DNA of 64,000 nt, from NCBI GenBank assembly GCA_964342465.1, contig CAYFFQ010000004.1:95077-159076 (forward strand). Reading direction: 5' to 3'. The position numbers and the translations under genes were made by a program. Under the pieces are notes generated by a model. It had not been told where the DNA came from. It worked only from the letters and a program-made list of their open reading frames with translations, and searched no databases. Origin of the DNA: an uncultured Candidatus Poseidoniales archaeon. GTDB taxonomy: Archaea > Thermoplasmatota > Poseidoniia > Poseidoniales > Thalassarchaeaceae. Positions 1 to 8,165 of this stretch are shown here, one piece after another. Every line of letters starts with the position of its first letter. Position 1 is the stretch's first letter.

Positions 1-485
1 TGAGGAATGATTCCACTGGCTCGGACATTTCTGAAGAATATCTCAGCATAACTGCCGAGACTCGCAACTCCCTCCTGTATTCGCGCACCGCCGCTATCAT
101 TGAGGCCAATAACAGGTGCGCCGGTTTTCATCGCCATGTCGAGGACTTTGCAGATTTTCAGACCATGCATTTCACCAAGACTACCGCCATAGACTGTGAA
201 ATCCTGAGCAAAACAGTATATTGGCCGTCCATCGATTGTTCCATGACCTGTCACCACACCGTCGCCGGGGATGACATTCTGGTCCATCCCGAAATCCCGA
301 CATCGGTGTTCAACGAGAGAATCGTACTCCTGAAACGAGCCTTCGTCAAGCAGCAGTTCGAGGCGCTCGCGCGCCGTCATCTTGCCTTTGTTGTGCTGCG
401 CATCAACTCTCTGAGTGCCGCCGCCTGCTGCGGCAACAGCCTTTCGGCGGCGCAAGTCACCCAACCTCTCCTCAGTCGAATCCAT
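1..485 (-). CDS. pccB: Acyl-CoA carboxylase carboxyltransferase (beta) subunit, propionyl-CoA carboxylase / methylmalonyl-CoA decarboxylase type; N-terminal ~161 aa only, gene continues past the window start
   Basis: Not in the ORF track (no stop in window). My translation of the minus strand from ATG at 485 reads [67 protein letters not shown]...[79 protein letters not shown]. This is the canonical carboxyltransferase N-domain signature. The + strand ORF 165..677 is its shadow. Confidence 0.85.
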   Translation of the reverse strand, partial: MDSTEERLGDLRRRKAVAAAGGGTQRVDAQHNKGKMTARERLELLLDEGSFQEYDSLVEHRCRDFGMDQNVIPGDGVVTGHGTIDGRPIYCFAQDFTVYGGSLGEMHGLKICKVLDMAMKTGAPVIGLNDSGGARIQEGVASLGSYAEIFFRNVRASGIIP

Positions 486-840
486 CCGGCCCAATCCTTT
501 CCGGACATGACTCGCCAATTAACTATGGGGGTCAAATCGCAGAATAACTCCATTCGGACTTTGGGAATGGACTTGGGTTTCTTCCTTGGCAAAGTTCTAT
601 CAAAAAATATGATGATGCGTATTCTCTATAATTGGGGCTACGAAAAAACCACACATATCGGGTGGTGCCCTCTATGAATCGAGGGTTCACTAACACACAA
701 ACCATTTATTCCTCTTGGATTTGATAGCGGCCATTCAGTGCTCCCTCTTCTCCGTCGATGTCTGCGGTCAATAATTCTGAATCGCAATCCCAACGATGTT
801 TGTCTGCGCTCAATTCAAGTGGAAGCCACATCTCGACGGG

Positions 841-1290
841 ATGGAGATAGGCATGCGTATCGTGATTGCCAAACCGGGCCTTGATGGTCACGACAGGGGT
901 GCGAAGGTCGTCGCCCGCGCCCTCAGGGATGCCGGTCATGAGGTGATTTACACTGGCCTCAGACGAACCCCTGAACAGATAGTGAGATGCGTCCTCGATG
1001 AAGATGCGCAGATGTTAGGTCTCTCATCTCTCTCCGGCGCACACCTCTTCCTCTTTCCAAGAGTATGTCAACTGTTGAAGGAAGCTGGATTGGGAGATGT
1101 CGTGGTCTTTGGTGGGGGTATCATTCCACAGGAAGACCGCGCCTGTTTGAGTGATGCCGGCATCAGAGCCATTTTCGGACCTGGGACGAGAATGGATGAA
1201 TTGTGCGAGTTCGTTGAGGAAGCAGCGAGTCGCATCGATTCTGGGCAGAATGTTGGAGTTGGTTTTGACAGCGATTGGAAGTGGGCCTGA
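841..1290 (+). CDS. Methylmalonyl-CoA mutase, small B12-binding subunit/domain
   Basis: MRIVIAKPGLDGHDRGAKVVARALRDAGHEVIYTGLRRTPEQIV... contains the DxHxxG cobalamin-binding motif (DGHDRG) and a Rossmann-like B12 domain. Start chosen at ATG 841 (MEIGMRIV; ATG 853 also possible); the track start at 796 is probably too long. Confidence 0.85.
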   Translation: MEIGMRIVIAKPGLDGHDRGAKVVARALRDAGHEVIYTGLRRTPEQIVRCVLDEDAQMLGLSSLSGAHLFLFPRVCQLLKEAGLGDVVVFGGGIIPQEDRACLSDAGIRAIFGPGTRMDELCEFVEEAASRIDSGQNVGVGFDSDWKWA

Positions 1291-1300
1291 GGGTATCTTG

Positions 1301-2173
1301 ATGTCCGAAGAACTGATTCAGAAGGCCATCGCCGGAGAGCGCAGAGCACTAGCCAAACTTCTCACCGCCTGTGAGAAGGGAGAAGTGACCAGCCAATCAT
1401 TGGAGAACTACGAAATCCCGATTGAGTCGGTCACAATCGGAGTAACTGGTGCGCCGGGTGTCGGTAAGAGTAGTCTCATTGAAGCACTTCTCGCTTACTG
1501 GTCACAAGAGCAGAGGATGGTTGCAGTTATTGCAGTTGACCCATCATCTCCCATAACTGGAGGTGCTTTGCTCGGCGACCGAGTGAGGATGGATACAGCA
1601 GATGATGATGACAATGTATTCGTCCGGTCTATAGCATCAAAGAACCAACCGGGCGGCCTCCCCCAAGCGGTCGCTATCTCAGCCGATGTGCTGAAGTTAT
1701 GCGGCTACAATCCAGTCCTGATAGAGACAGTCGGAGCCGGCCAGTCAGAGGTGAGAATAGTCGCAATGGCTGAAAGAATAGTGTTGGTCGAAGCACCTAA
1801 TGCTGGTGATGAGGTGCAAGCAGCCAAAGCGGGAGTGATTGAACTTGCAGACCTGCTGGTAGTCAACAAGGCAGACTTGGATGGGGCAGAACAGACCGCC
1901 ACTCGCCTCATATCCTCATTGTCCTATTCCGAGTCCCCACCTGAAGTATTGCTCACCTCAACGACAACTCACCAAGGAATCAAGAAACTAGGAGAAGTGC
2001 TAGTCAATCTCCCTCAGAGGGAGGGAGCGGAAATCGCCCGCCATAGGGAACGTCTGTTGGCTGCGTGGGACCAAGCACTACTGGAAAGACCAGACCTTGA
2101 TGATGTTCTTCAGGCATTGACCTCTGGAGAGGAATCTGCATCGTCATGGGTCGGAGATACTCTTGGGTGGTAG
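1301..2173 (+). CDS. meaB: MeaB/ArgK-type G3E GTPase (methylmalonyl-CoA mutase chaperone)
   Basis: P-loop GVTGAPGVGKSS, then AVDPSSPITGGALLGDRVRM, ETVGAGQSE and VVNKADL motifs. In-frame ATG at 1301 (MSEELIQKAIAGERRALAKLLT) lies 11 nt after the mutase stop. The track start at 1151 overlaps the previous gene. Confidence 0.85.
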   Translation: MSEELIQKAIAGERRALAKLLTACEKGEVTSQSLENYEIPIESVTIGVTGAPGVGKSSLIEALLAYWSQEQRMVAVIAVDPSSPITGGALLGDRVRMDTADDDDNVFVRSIASKNQPGGLPQAVAISADVLKLCGYNPVLIETVGAGQSEVRIVAMAERIVLVEAPNAGDEVQAAKAGVIELADLLVVNKADLDGAEQTATRLISSLSYSESPPEVLLTSTTTHQGIKKLGEVLVNLPQREGAEIARHRERLLAAWDQALLERPDLDDVLQALTSGEESASSWVGDTLGW

Positions 2174-2174
2174 A

Positions 2175-2822
2175 ATGGAGGAGAGCGTGCTTCTCGATGA
2201 GGGCTCGTACGAGCCAGACCATGTAAAACACAGTGTCGGTGGAATCGCCGGCCACAGCCTCAGAAGAATGGTACATCTTTCGATGGCGGGATTCCCATAC
2301 CTATACTATTGGCACGGCGACTCTGTGGGGGGGGTAGTCTCACTCTCATCGAGCCAACTCGTTTGGTTAATTATTGGAATAATCGCAGTGGCAGAAGCAG
2401 TTCGCTTGAAGTTGGGATTCACGATAATCGGTCAGAGGGAATATGAGGCGAGGCAACTTAGTGCGCTTTTCTGGGGGGCTACTGGGCTCGCTCTCACTTT
2501 TTTGCTCGCACCCCCTGTCGGTCTTCGTAGTGCGGCGCTCGGCACTCCTCTTGTGTGGGGGCTCGCATTTGGTGACCCGGTAATGGGTGAATCGCGCCGC
2601 GCCGGCCTCTCCAAGAACCAAGTTTTCTTTGTCGGGCTAGGGGTGGTAACTGTGTGTTGGGTATTGGCTTGGTATTTTTTGGCCACTCCTCTCATTTTCG
2701 TTCTGTTGATGCCGCTAGTGCAAACAGCATCAGAATTGCCTCGGCTTCGTTGGATTGATGACAACGGCACGATGATTCTATTCCCTCTATTGGCGATTTT
2801 GATTCTATCTATGATTGTCTGA
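2175..2822 (+). CDS. Polytopic membrane protein, possibly dolichol/polyprenol kinase-like (CTP-dependent kinase family)
   Basis: Six or so hydrophobic segments. The motifs AFGDPVMGESRRAG and WIDDNGTMILFP resemble the GD..A..G..G and DDN motifs of the dolichol/phytol kinase family. Family assignment is by eye only. ATG at 2175 is in frame with the TTG track start at 2163. Confidence 0.35.
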   Translation: MEESVLLDEGSYEPDHVKHSVGGIAGHSLRRMVHLSMAGFPYLYYWHGDSVGGVVSLSSSQLVWLIIGIIAVAEAVRLKLGFTIIGQREYEARQLSALFWGATGLALTFLLAPPVGLRSAALGTPLVWGLAFGDPVMGESRRAGLSKNQVFFVGLGVVTVCWVLAWYFLATPLIFVLLMPLVQTASELPRLRWIDDNGTMILFPLLAILILSMIV

Positions 2823-3179
2823 ATCTAGTGTGCGTTCAATCGCTATGGTTAAAATCCAATTTCCTCTGGCGTAGGTCGTATGAGCGAAGAGGCACTTCAG
2901 GACGACGCCCCATCACAGAGCCTCTATCTACTCGCTTGGTCAGTTTCACTGATTTTGACCTTCATCATCGGCGTCACTTATTGGTGAGATGTACACATCA
3001 TCTCTTCACTTCTGTGGGGTGTGTCATCCGTTGGGTTTTACCACCACATTTTGAGGAAATGGTCAATTCTAGGATGGGTTAGACCCATCATCAATCGACG
3101 CTCGCCGTCACTAGCATCCCCTCGGTTGAATTGTTCCTTCCACACGCGTTGATAGGTGATGAGTGGTGCGCAGGAGTGG

Positions 3180-5048
3180 ATGTGTGGTATCGGGGTGCTC
3201 CTTGGGAGGGGTGATGCACCGTTTGCTCGTCGGATGGCAGGGGCACTATCACACCGCGGCCCTGATGGAATTGGCGTCTGGAATGATGATGTTTGCACCT
3301 TTTCTCACTCCCGCCTCTCCATCGTCGACCTACTCGGCTCCGACCAACCCATCGGCTCAGAACATGGCTGTTGGCTGGTTCAGAATGGTGAAATCTACAA
3401 TTATCAGGAATTGAGGCGGGAGTTCTCAGCATACGATTGGAGAACCAAGGGTGACGGAGAGACTATTCTTGCCGCCCACAAAACCGTCGCGAGAGGTGGT
3501 GGCGCCTCCACGCCACAACAACCTGTTCGCTCAGTCATCGTCGGGGATGTGAGACGGACTGCGGCTGCTGACGACGATGCCAATGTGGCACAGAGGCATG
3601 TTGAATGGGTGAGGAAACTCGATGGGATTTGGGGTTTCGCTCTTTGGGATTCGGTTGAAGAGGAACTTATCCTCTGCCGCGACCCCTTAGGAGTCAAACC
3701 ACTCCTCAGAACACTCACCGATAGTGGAGAGTTGATGGTTGCTTCGGAAGCGAAGGCATTCAGAGTTCATTCGGAATACACACCTCGTATCGATGAGAAT
3801 GCCCTATTGGCCCGATTGGCATTTGAATATCCGCTCGATGAGACCACCTTGTTCGAGGGTGTGTCTCAAGTGGCGCCGGGCACAATCGAGACTTGGGCTC
3901 TTGATGAAATGGGCAGAGCCACCTTGACGGGAGTGGCGCGATACATTTCCGATAGGGTGGCGCCGGCGCAATCGTGGAATCCTGCTACTGACGCTGCCCC
4001 CCTTCTTGATTCGCTCTGCTCTTCAGTTGAACAGAGGCTGATGGCGGATGTTCCTGTCGGAATCATTCTCTCAGGTGGCCTTGATTCGAGCATGGTCGCT
4101 GGCCTTGCTCATCGTGCTGCCAAAAATGCCGGAAAACCGGTGCCAGAGTGCTGGACGGTGGCGGAGAGCGAGGACAATCCGGATTTCATCGCCGCCGAGG
4201 AGGTATGTTCGGTACTTGACCTCTCTCACCATACATCTACGCTTGAGGAAGGGGCCTTCTGGAACCACTTGCCTGCTCTCAGTTGGTTCGGAGAAGACCT
4301 TGACATCTCTGTCCTCTTCTTCCAACCCCTATTCGCAAAGATGGCAGAGGAGTTGTCCGTCGGGTTGTGTGGGCAAGGTGCTGATGAATTGCATGGCGGT
4401 TATCCACGATACCGCGAACTCTCTCGCCACCGTCAATCGATTGCTGACCGTCTCACCGCCAGCCGCCACCCCTTCGCTCCCCATCTGCTCACCGACATCT
4501 CCACAGTCACGCCCGTCGGGGCCGGCCAACCTTGGCGGAAGAAGGCACATAATCCCCATTCTGACTTCCGTGACCTCGCATCGACTCTCCAATACGAACT
4601 TGACCACGGCCAACTGACCAATTTCCAACTCCGCTTGGTGGACAGGCACAGCATGGCTCATGGCTTGGAGGTGAGGGTGCCGTTCCTCGGCTCTTCACAT
4701 CGCAAGGCATCACACACCATACCTATGGATTGGCGAGTTCGAGGGAGTGAGGAGAAACTTGCTCTTCGCTCTGCGGCTGCATTGACCGACCTCCCTTCTT
4801 CAATAGTGAAGAGGCCGAAACTACCCGCAGGTACGGCAACCACTCCGACAATGTTGGCTGAAATACTTGCAGAACTTCGCCCTCATACTGAGGATTGGCG
4901 AAGGCGATATCCAACCCTTCAACGGGTATTGAAAGGTCAACCGGATATGACTATCGGTCTGCGTCTCTTCGAGTCGTTGCATATCACTGACGGTGGAGTT
5001 GGACGGGAGAAGAAGGAACTTTGGGACCTGCTGAATGATGTCGAGTAA
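3180..5048 (+). CDS. asnB: Asparagine synthetase (glutamine-hydrolysing), AsnB family
   Basis: N-terminal MCGI (catalytic Cys2 requires the start at ATG 3180, not 3156), a class-II GATase domain, the SGGLDSS PP-loop and a C-terminal synthetase domain. Contains a ~45 aa low-complexity insertion before the GIWGFALWD motif. Confidence 0.85.
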   Translation: MCGIGVLLGRGDAPFARRMAGALSHRGPDGIGVWNDDVCTFSHSRLSIVDLLGSDQPIGSEHGCWLVQNGEIYNYQELRREFSAYDWRTKGDGETILAAHKTVARGGGASTPQQPVRSVIVGDVRRTAAADDDANVAQRHVEWVRKLDGIWGFALWDSVEEELILCRDPLGVKPLLRTLTDSGELMVASEAKAFRVHSEYTPRIDENALLARLAFEYPLDETTLFEGVSQVAPGTIETWALDEMGRATLTGVARYISDRVAPAQSWNPATDAAPLLDSLCSSVEQRLMADVPVGIILSGGLDSSMVAGLAHRAAKNAGKPVPECWTVAESEDNPDFIAAEEVCSVLDLSHHTSTLEEGAFWNHLPALSWFGEDLDISVLFFQPLFAKMAEELSVGLCGQGADELHGGYPRYRELSRHRQSIADRLTASRHPFAPHLLTDISTVTPVGAGQPWRKKAHNPHSDFRDLASTLQYELDHGQLTNFQLRLVDRHSMAHGLEVRVPFLGSSHRKASHTIPMDWRVRGSEEKLALRSAAALTDLPSSIVKRPKLPAGTATTPTMLAEILAELRPHTEDWRRRYPTLQRVLKGQPDMTIGLRLFESLHITDGGVGREKKELWDLLNDVE

Positions 5049-5127
5049 GGTGTGGAAAATGCTGGGGTGTAGTGTATCTTTCGTTTCCATCGAAATGCTT
5101 GATTCAAACAAGAATGGGGTGTGAAAT

Positions 5128-6360
5128 ATGGTGGAGTACAGTGGACCCGACCTTCTCGCCGATCTGTCTCAGAGAGTGGAGGAGAAGCGGGAGGAGTTGA
5201 TTCATTTCTTCAAGGCTGAGAGAGAGCGATTGCCTATGCCTCTGTATGCCTCTGTGGACATCAGGGATGCTGGGTGGAAGGTGGCAGCGGTTGATGCCAA
5301 CGCCTATCCGGCAGGATTCAACAATGTCGGAGAGAGTCAACGTGGCGTTATTTCAGAGAACCTTGGAAAATGGTTGCAAAGACACCACCCCAACGCCAAG
5401 AGATTGCATATCTGGCCGGAGGCGCATACTCGCAACATCGCTTATGTGGATAATCTCCTCACTCTGAAATCTCTTTTTGAGAACATAGGAGCCGATGTGA
5501 CTGTAGGTCTTCGAGAACTGAACGATGTCGGGAGAATCAGAGGTGAAAGTGGTGAACTGGAACTCTCCCATGTTGAGATTGGCGAATCAATTCTCGTTGA
5601 CGGAGAGAGGCCTGACCTCATAATCTTAAACAATGACCTCTCGGACGGCCCATCGGAAATCCTCTCAGCAAATGCAGTCGCTCCTCCGCCGGAGATGGGC
5701 TGGTATCAGCGACGCAAGTCGAACCATTTTCGCCATGTACAACCATTCTTAGATGGGGTCGCTGAGATTCTCGGAATCGACCCGTGGTTGATAGGTACTC
5801 ACTGGTTCGTAAGTGAGGACAAATGTCTCGAAAAAGTGGCCTGTCGAGTTGAATTGGCAGCTCAGGTAGATTCCTGCCTCGCATTTCTGAAAGGAAAGTA
5901 TGAGCAGTACGGTATATCTGGTGAACCCGTCCTGTTTGTAAAAAACGACTCGGGAACCTATGGTCTGGGCATCATAGAAATTCGCAGTGGGGAGGAGTTG
6001 TTGAATCTCTCCAACCGAAAGGTCAACCGTCTCACCTATGGCAAAGGGGGTTCTCAAGTGGCAGATTTTCTGCTTCAGGAAGGTGTACCCACTACCCTAA
6101 GAGCGGAGGGTTATGTCGTTGAACCTTGCACTTATGGAGCCGGTGGGGAGAGTTGCGCGACATTCTATAGAGTGAATGACAAAAAGGGGGAAATGTCAAA
6201 TCTGAATACACCATCAACGCAATTTTTCGGGCCGCAAAAGATGATGCAGTTGGAAGGTGGTCCTGAGATTCTCAAGAAACAGTCCAGTTGGCACGCCTTG
6301 GTTGCAGAACTCGCAATGCTGGCAATGGCCGCGGAACTAGAAGAATTGCAAGCGAGTTGA
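5128..6360 (+). CDS. Putative glutamate--cysteine ligase (GshA, 'ferrooxidans-type' family) / ATP-grasp-like ligase
   Basis: The N-terminus PLYASVDIRDAGWKVAAVDANAYPAGFNNV and the later FVKNDSGTYGLGI match my recollection of the small bacterial GshA family (Pfam GshA / TIGR02049). Not verified by search. Confidence 0.5.
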   Translation: MVEYSGPDLLADLSQRVEEKREELIHFFKAERERLPMPLYASVDIRDAGWKVAAVDANAYPAGFNNVGESQRGVISENLGKWLQRHHPNAKRLHIWPEAHTRNIAYVDNLLTLKSLFENIGADVTVGLRELNDVGRIRGESGELELSHVEIGESILVDGERPDLIILNNDLSDGPSEILSANAVAPPPEMGWYQRRKSNHFRHVQPFLDGVAEILGIDPWLIGTHWFVSEDKCLEKVACRVELAAQVDSCLAFLKGKYEQYGISGEPVLFVKNDSGTYGLGIIEIRSGEELLNLSNRKVNRLTYGKGGSQVADFLLQEGVPTTLRAEGYVVEPCTYGAGGESCATFYRVNDKKGEMSNLNTPSTQFFGPQKMMQLEGGPEILKKQSSWHALVAELAMLAMAAELEELQAS

Positions 6361-6371
6361 CTTCTCGATAT

Positions 6372-6809
6372 TCATGAGAAAATGTGAACTAATTGGGAGA
6401 TGTCTCTACTAATCCCCTTGTTGAGATGGCGGCGAATCAACGGAGTCATCAATCTCATCATCAATCCCTTCGGTTTCCAGCGACATTCGATGGTGACCAG
6501 CGAGCCGAGCAGACTGCTGTCAAATATGTGCTCGCTGACCCAAGTGACACCACCCTCTTCACACTCCACAGTGAACGACTCACCATGTCGGCAGGTAGTC
6601 AATTCAAATTCCATGGTCGCCTCCCTCTTTCCCATTTTCCGAATCTCCCGCCATCGCATGCCGGGTTCCCTCGTCGTTTCGGTCAGCATCTCTATGGCCA
6701 AGATATCTGTGAACATGGTATGGTTGTTGGCATCTATCAAGAAGTCATAGACGGAATGGCATGATGCGGGGACTTCGGCGGAAACTCTGACACTAACCTC
6801 TGCCATCAT
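6372..6809 (-). CDS. SRPBCC (START/polyketide-cyclase-like) superfamily protein
   Basis: 145 aa. The VRVSAEVPASCHSVYDFLIDANNHTMF... pattern is typical of the N-terminal beta-strand/helix of SRPBCC ligand-binding proteins. Confidence 0.45.
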   Translation of the reverse strand: MMAEVSVRVSAEVPASCHSVYDFLIDANNHTMFTDILAIEMLTETTREPGMRWREIRKMGKREATMEFELTTCRHGESFTVECEEGGVTWVSEHIFDSSLLGSLVTIECRWKPKGLMMRLMTPLIRRHLNKGISRDISQLVHIFS

Positions 6810-6955
6810 CGTAAAGGTGTCTGTCGTCTTGTTTAGTAGTGTCTGCTTGCTAGCCTTGCAATTACAGGTTCCTATTACTTGATGAACATTTGAGTATATT
6901 CTTCATACTTCTCTGCTATGGGAGTTGAGAAACTTGGTTCATAATAATTGATGGG

Positions 6956-7480
6956 TCACCATTCCGATTCATGGGTCAGCAGCCACTGCTTTGTCTCAGC
7001 ACCATCAGCAGCAGAATAGCGCCCCAATCCTCCACATGATTTTAGAACTCTATGACAAGGTATGACCAAGGAAATAGGGTTATTCGCCATGACGGTGCCA
7101 ACGGCGCGGGGGGCCCCTTCATGCCCAGATGCGGAAGCGAGGGCCGCGTACGAAATCGTCTCACCGAGTTGTACCTGCCTGACGAGTGTCATTGAGACAC
7201 TTTTTGCAAATGATGATAATTGATTGAGATCTAACTTCGGAGTCTCTCTCATCTCTTTTGAAAAATAGCCAGTGACCCACGCCTCGGTGTGGTCAAGGTG
7301 CACATTCCCCTCTTCACACTCTGGTCTGTCCGACAACTGACCCCAGTAGAGGCGAGTTAGACCGACATCTGATGCTTCTGCTACCATTTCTCCATGTGGT
7401 GTTCTGATGGTTCGCCATGCGGATTCTACAGTCAAGAACATCAGCCTCTTTCTGAGTTCTCGATTGTCAAGAACCTTCAT
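6956..7480 (-). CDS. ogt: Methylated-DNA--protein-cysteine methyltransferase
   Basis: Active-site motif IPCHRV followed by LGRYSAADGAETKQWLLTHE. Size 174 aa. Confidence 0.85.
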   Translation of the reverse strand: MKVLDNRELRKRLMFLTVESAWRTIRTPHGEMVAEASDVGLTRLYWGQLSDRPECEEGNVHLDHTEAWVTGYFSKEMRETPKLDLNQLSSFAKSVSMTLVRQVQLGETISYAALASASGHEGAPRAVGTVMANNPISLVIPCHRVLKSCGGLGRYSAADGAETKQWLLTHESEW

Positions 7481-7796
7481 CTGCTCCCTGCATCGGTGAA
7501 TCCTCTAGCTCACCCGTGGATGAATCCGGCTGTTCCATGCCTACAATTTCATAATTGGATGGAAAAAGCGCGATTGCAATGCCAGCGATGAGGGCTGCAA
7601 GCCCAAGATAGAATCTCTGTTGTGTGATCATCAATTCAAGCGCCACAACAACCAGTAGTAGCCCACCTACATTGGACACCCAAACTAAGGTCTTGAATGT
7701 TGAAAGAGAAACTCCACTGTTGTGTTTTGAGCGATATGGGCCGAATTCGGCACCGAATCTGACGGGTTCCTTCTCTTCTTCACTCATCATAATCAC
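7467..7796 (-). CDS. Small membrane protein (2 TM), last gene of the respiratory operon
   Basis: 109 aa with two hydrophobic helices (VGGLLLVVVALELMI, LGLAALIAGIAIALF). The start overlaps the ferredoxin stop by 4 nt (7793-7796) and the end overlaps the ogt start. Confidence 0.5.
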   Translation of the reverse strand: MIMMSEEEKEPVRFGAEFGPYRSKHNSGVSLSTFKTLVWVSNVGGLLLVVVALELMITQQRFYLGLAALIAGIAIALFPSNYEIVGMEQPDSSTGELEDSPMQGADEGS

Positions 7797-8125
7797 CGGT
7801 CAATCATGGAAATGGCATTGGTCGGGCAGGCGAGGACACAGAGTCTGCAACCTGTGCAATCATCACGCAATATCTCGGCCTTTTTGTTGACTTCAATCCC
7901 ATCAATCTCGCTCCTGAGCGGTGCGTCATAAAGGCGAATCGCCTTGTCATCACAGACGAGAATGCATTGGTCACAACCGATACAGGCGTCAATGGCAACG
8001 AAAGCGACGACAGTGGCACCCTCTTCTATTTCAGCAGCAATGTTATCCCGTGCATTGGAAAATGCCGTCAGAATGTGTTCAGCGTGGGCTGCACGCCTAC
8101 TCTCCACCTCATCACCTCTGCTCAT
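7793..8125 (-). CDS. 2x[4Fe-4S] ferredoxin-domain protein
   Basis: Two cluster motifs, CIGCDQCILVCD and CTGCRLCVLACP. Lies 40 nt downstream of the cytochrome b-HdrD-like fusion gene on the same strand. Confidence 0.8.
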   Translation of the reverse strand: MSRGDEVESRRAAHAEHILTAFSNARDNIAAEIEEGATVVAFVAIDACIGCDQCILVCDDKAIRLYDAPLRSEIDGIEVNKKAEILRDDCTGCRLCVLACPTNAISMIDR

Positions 8126-8165
8126 CCTGATACCTTAGGCGAGGCCATCGGCTATCATTCCTTGC

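Noticed and set aside
165-677. 170 aa + strand ORF (and the 377..592 minus ORF) at the window start.
   Set aside because: It lies antisense to or out of frame with a clearly recognisable carboxyltransferase gene on the minus strand (1-485). The translation has no motif and looks like a shadow ORF.
706-939. 77 aa minus-strand ORF in the pccB / mutase divergent spacer.
   Set aside because: It overlaps the start of the B12-binding subunit gene on the opposite strand and has no motif. It is more likely promoter region plus a shadow ORF.
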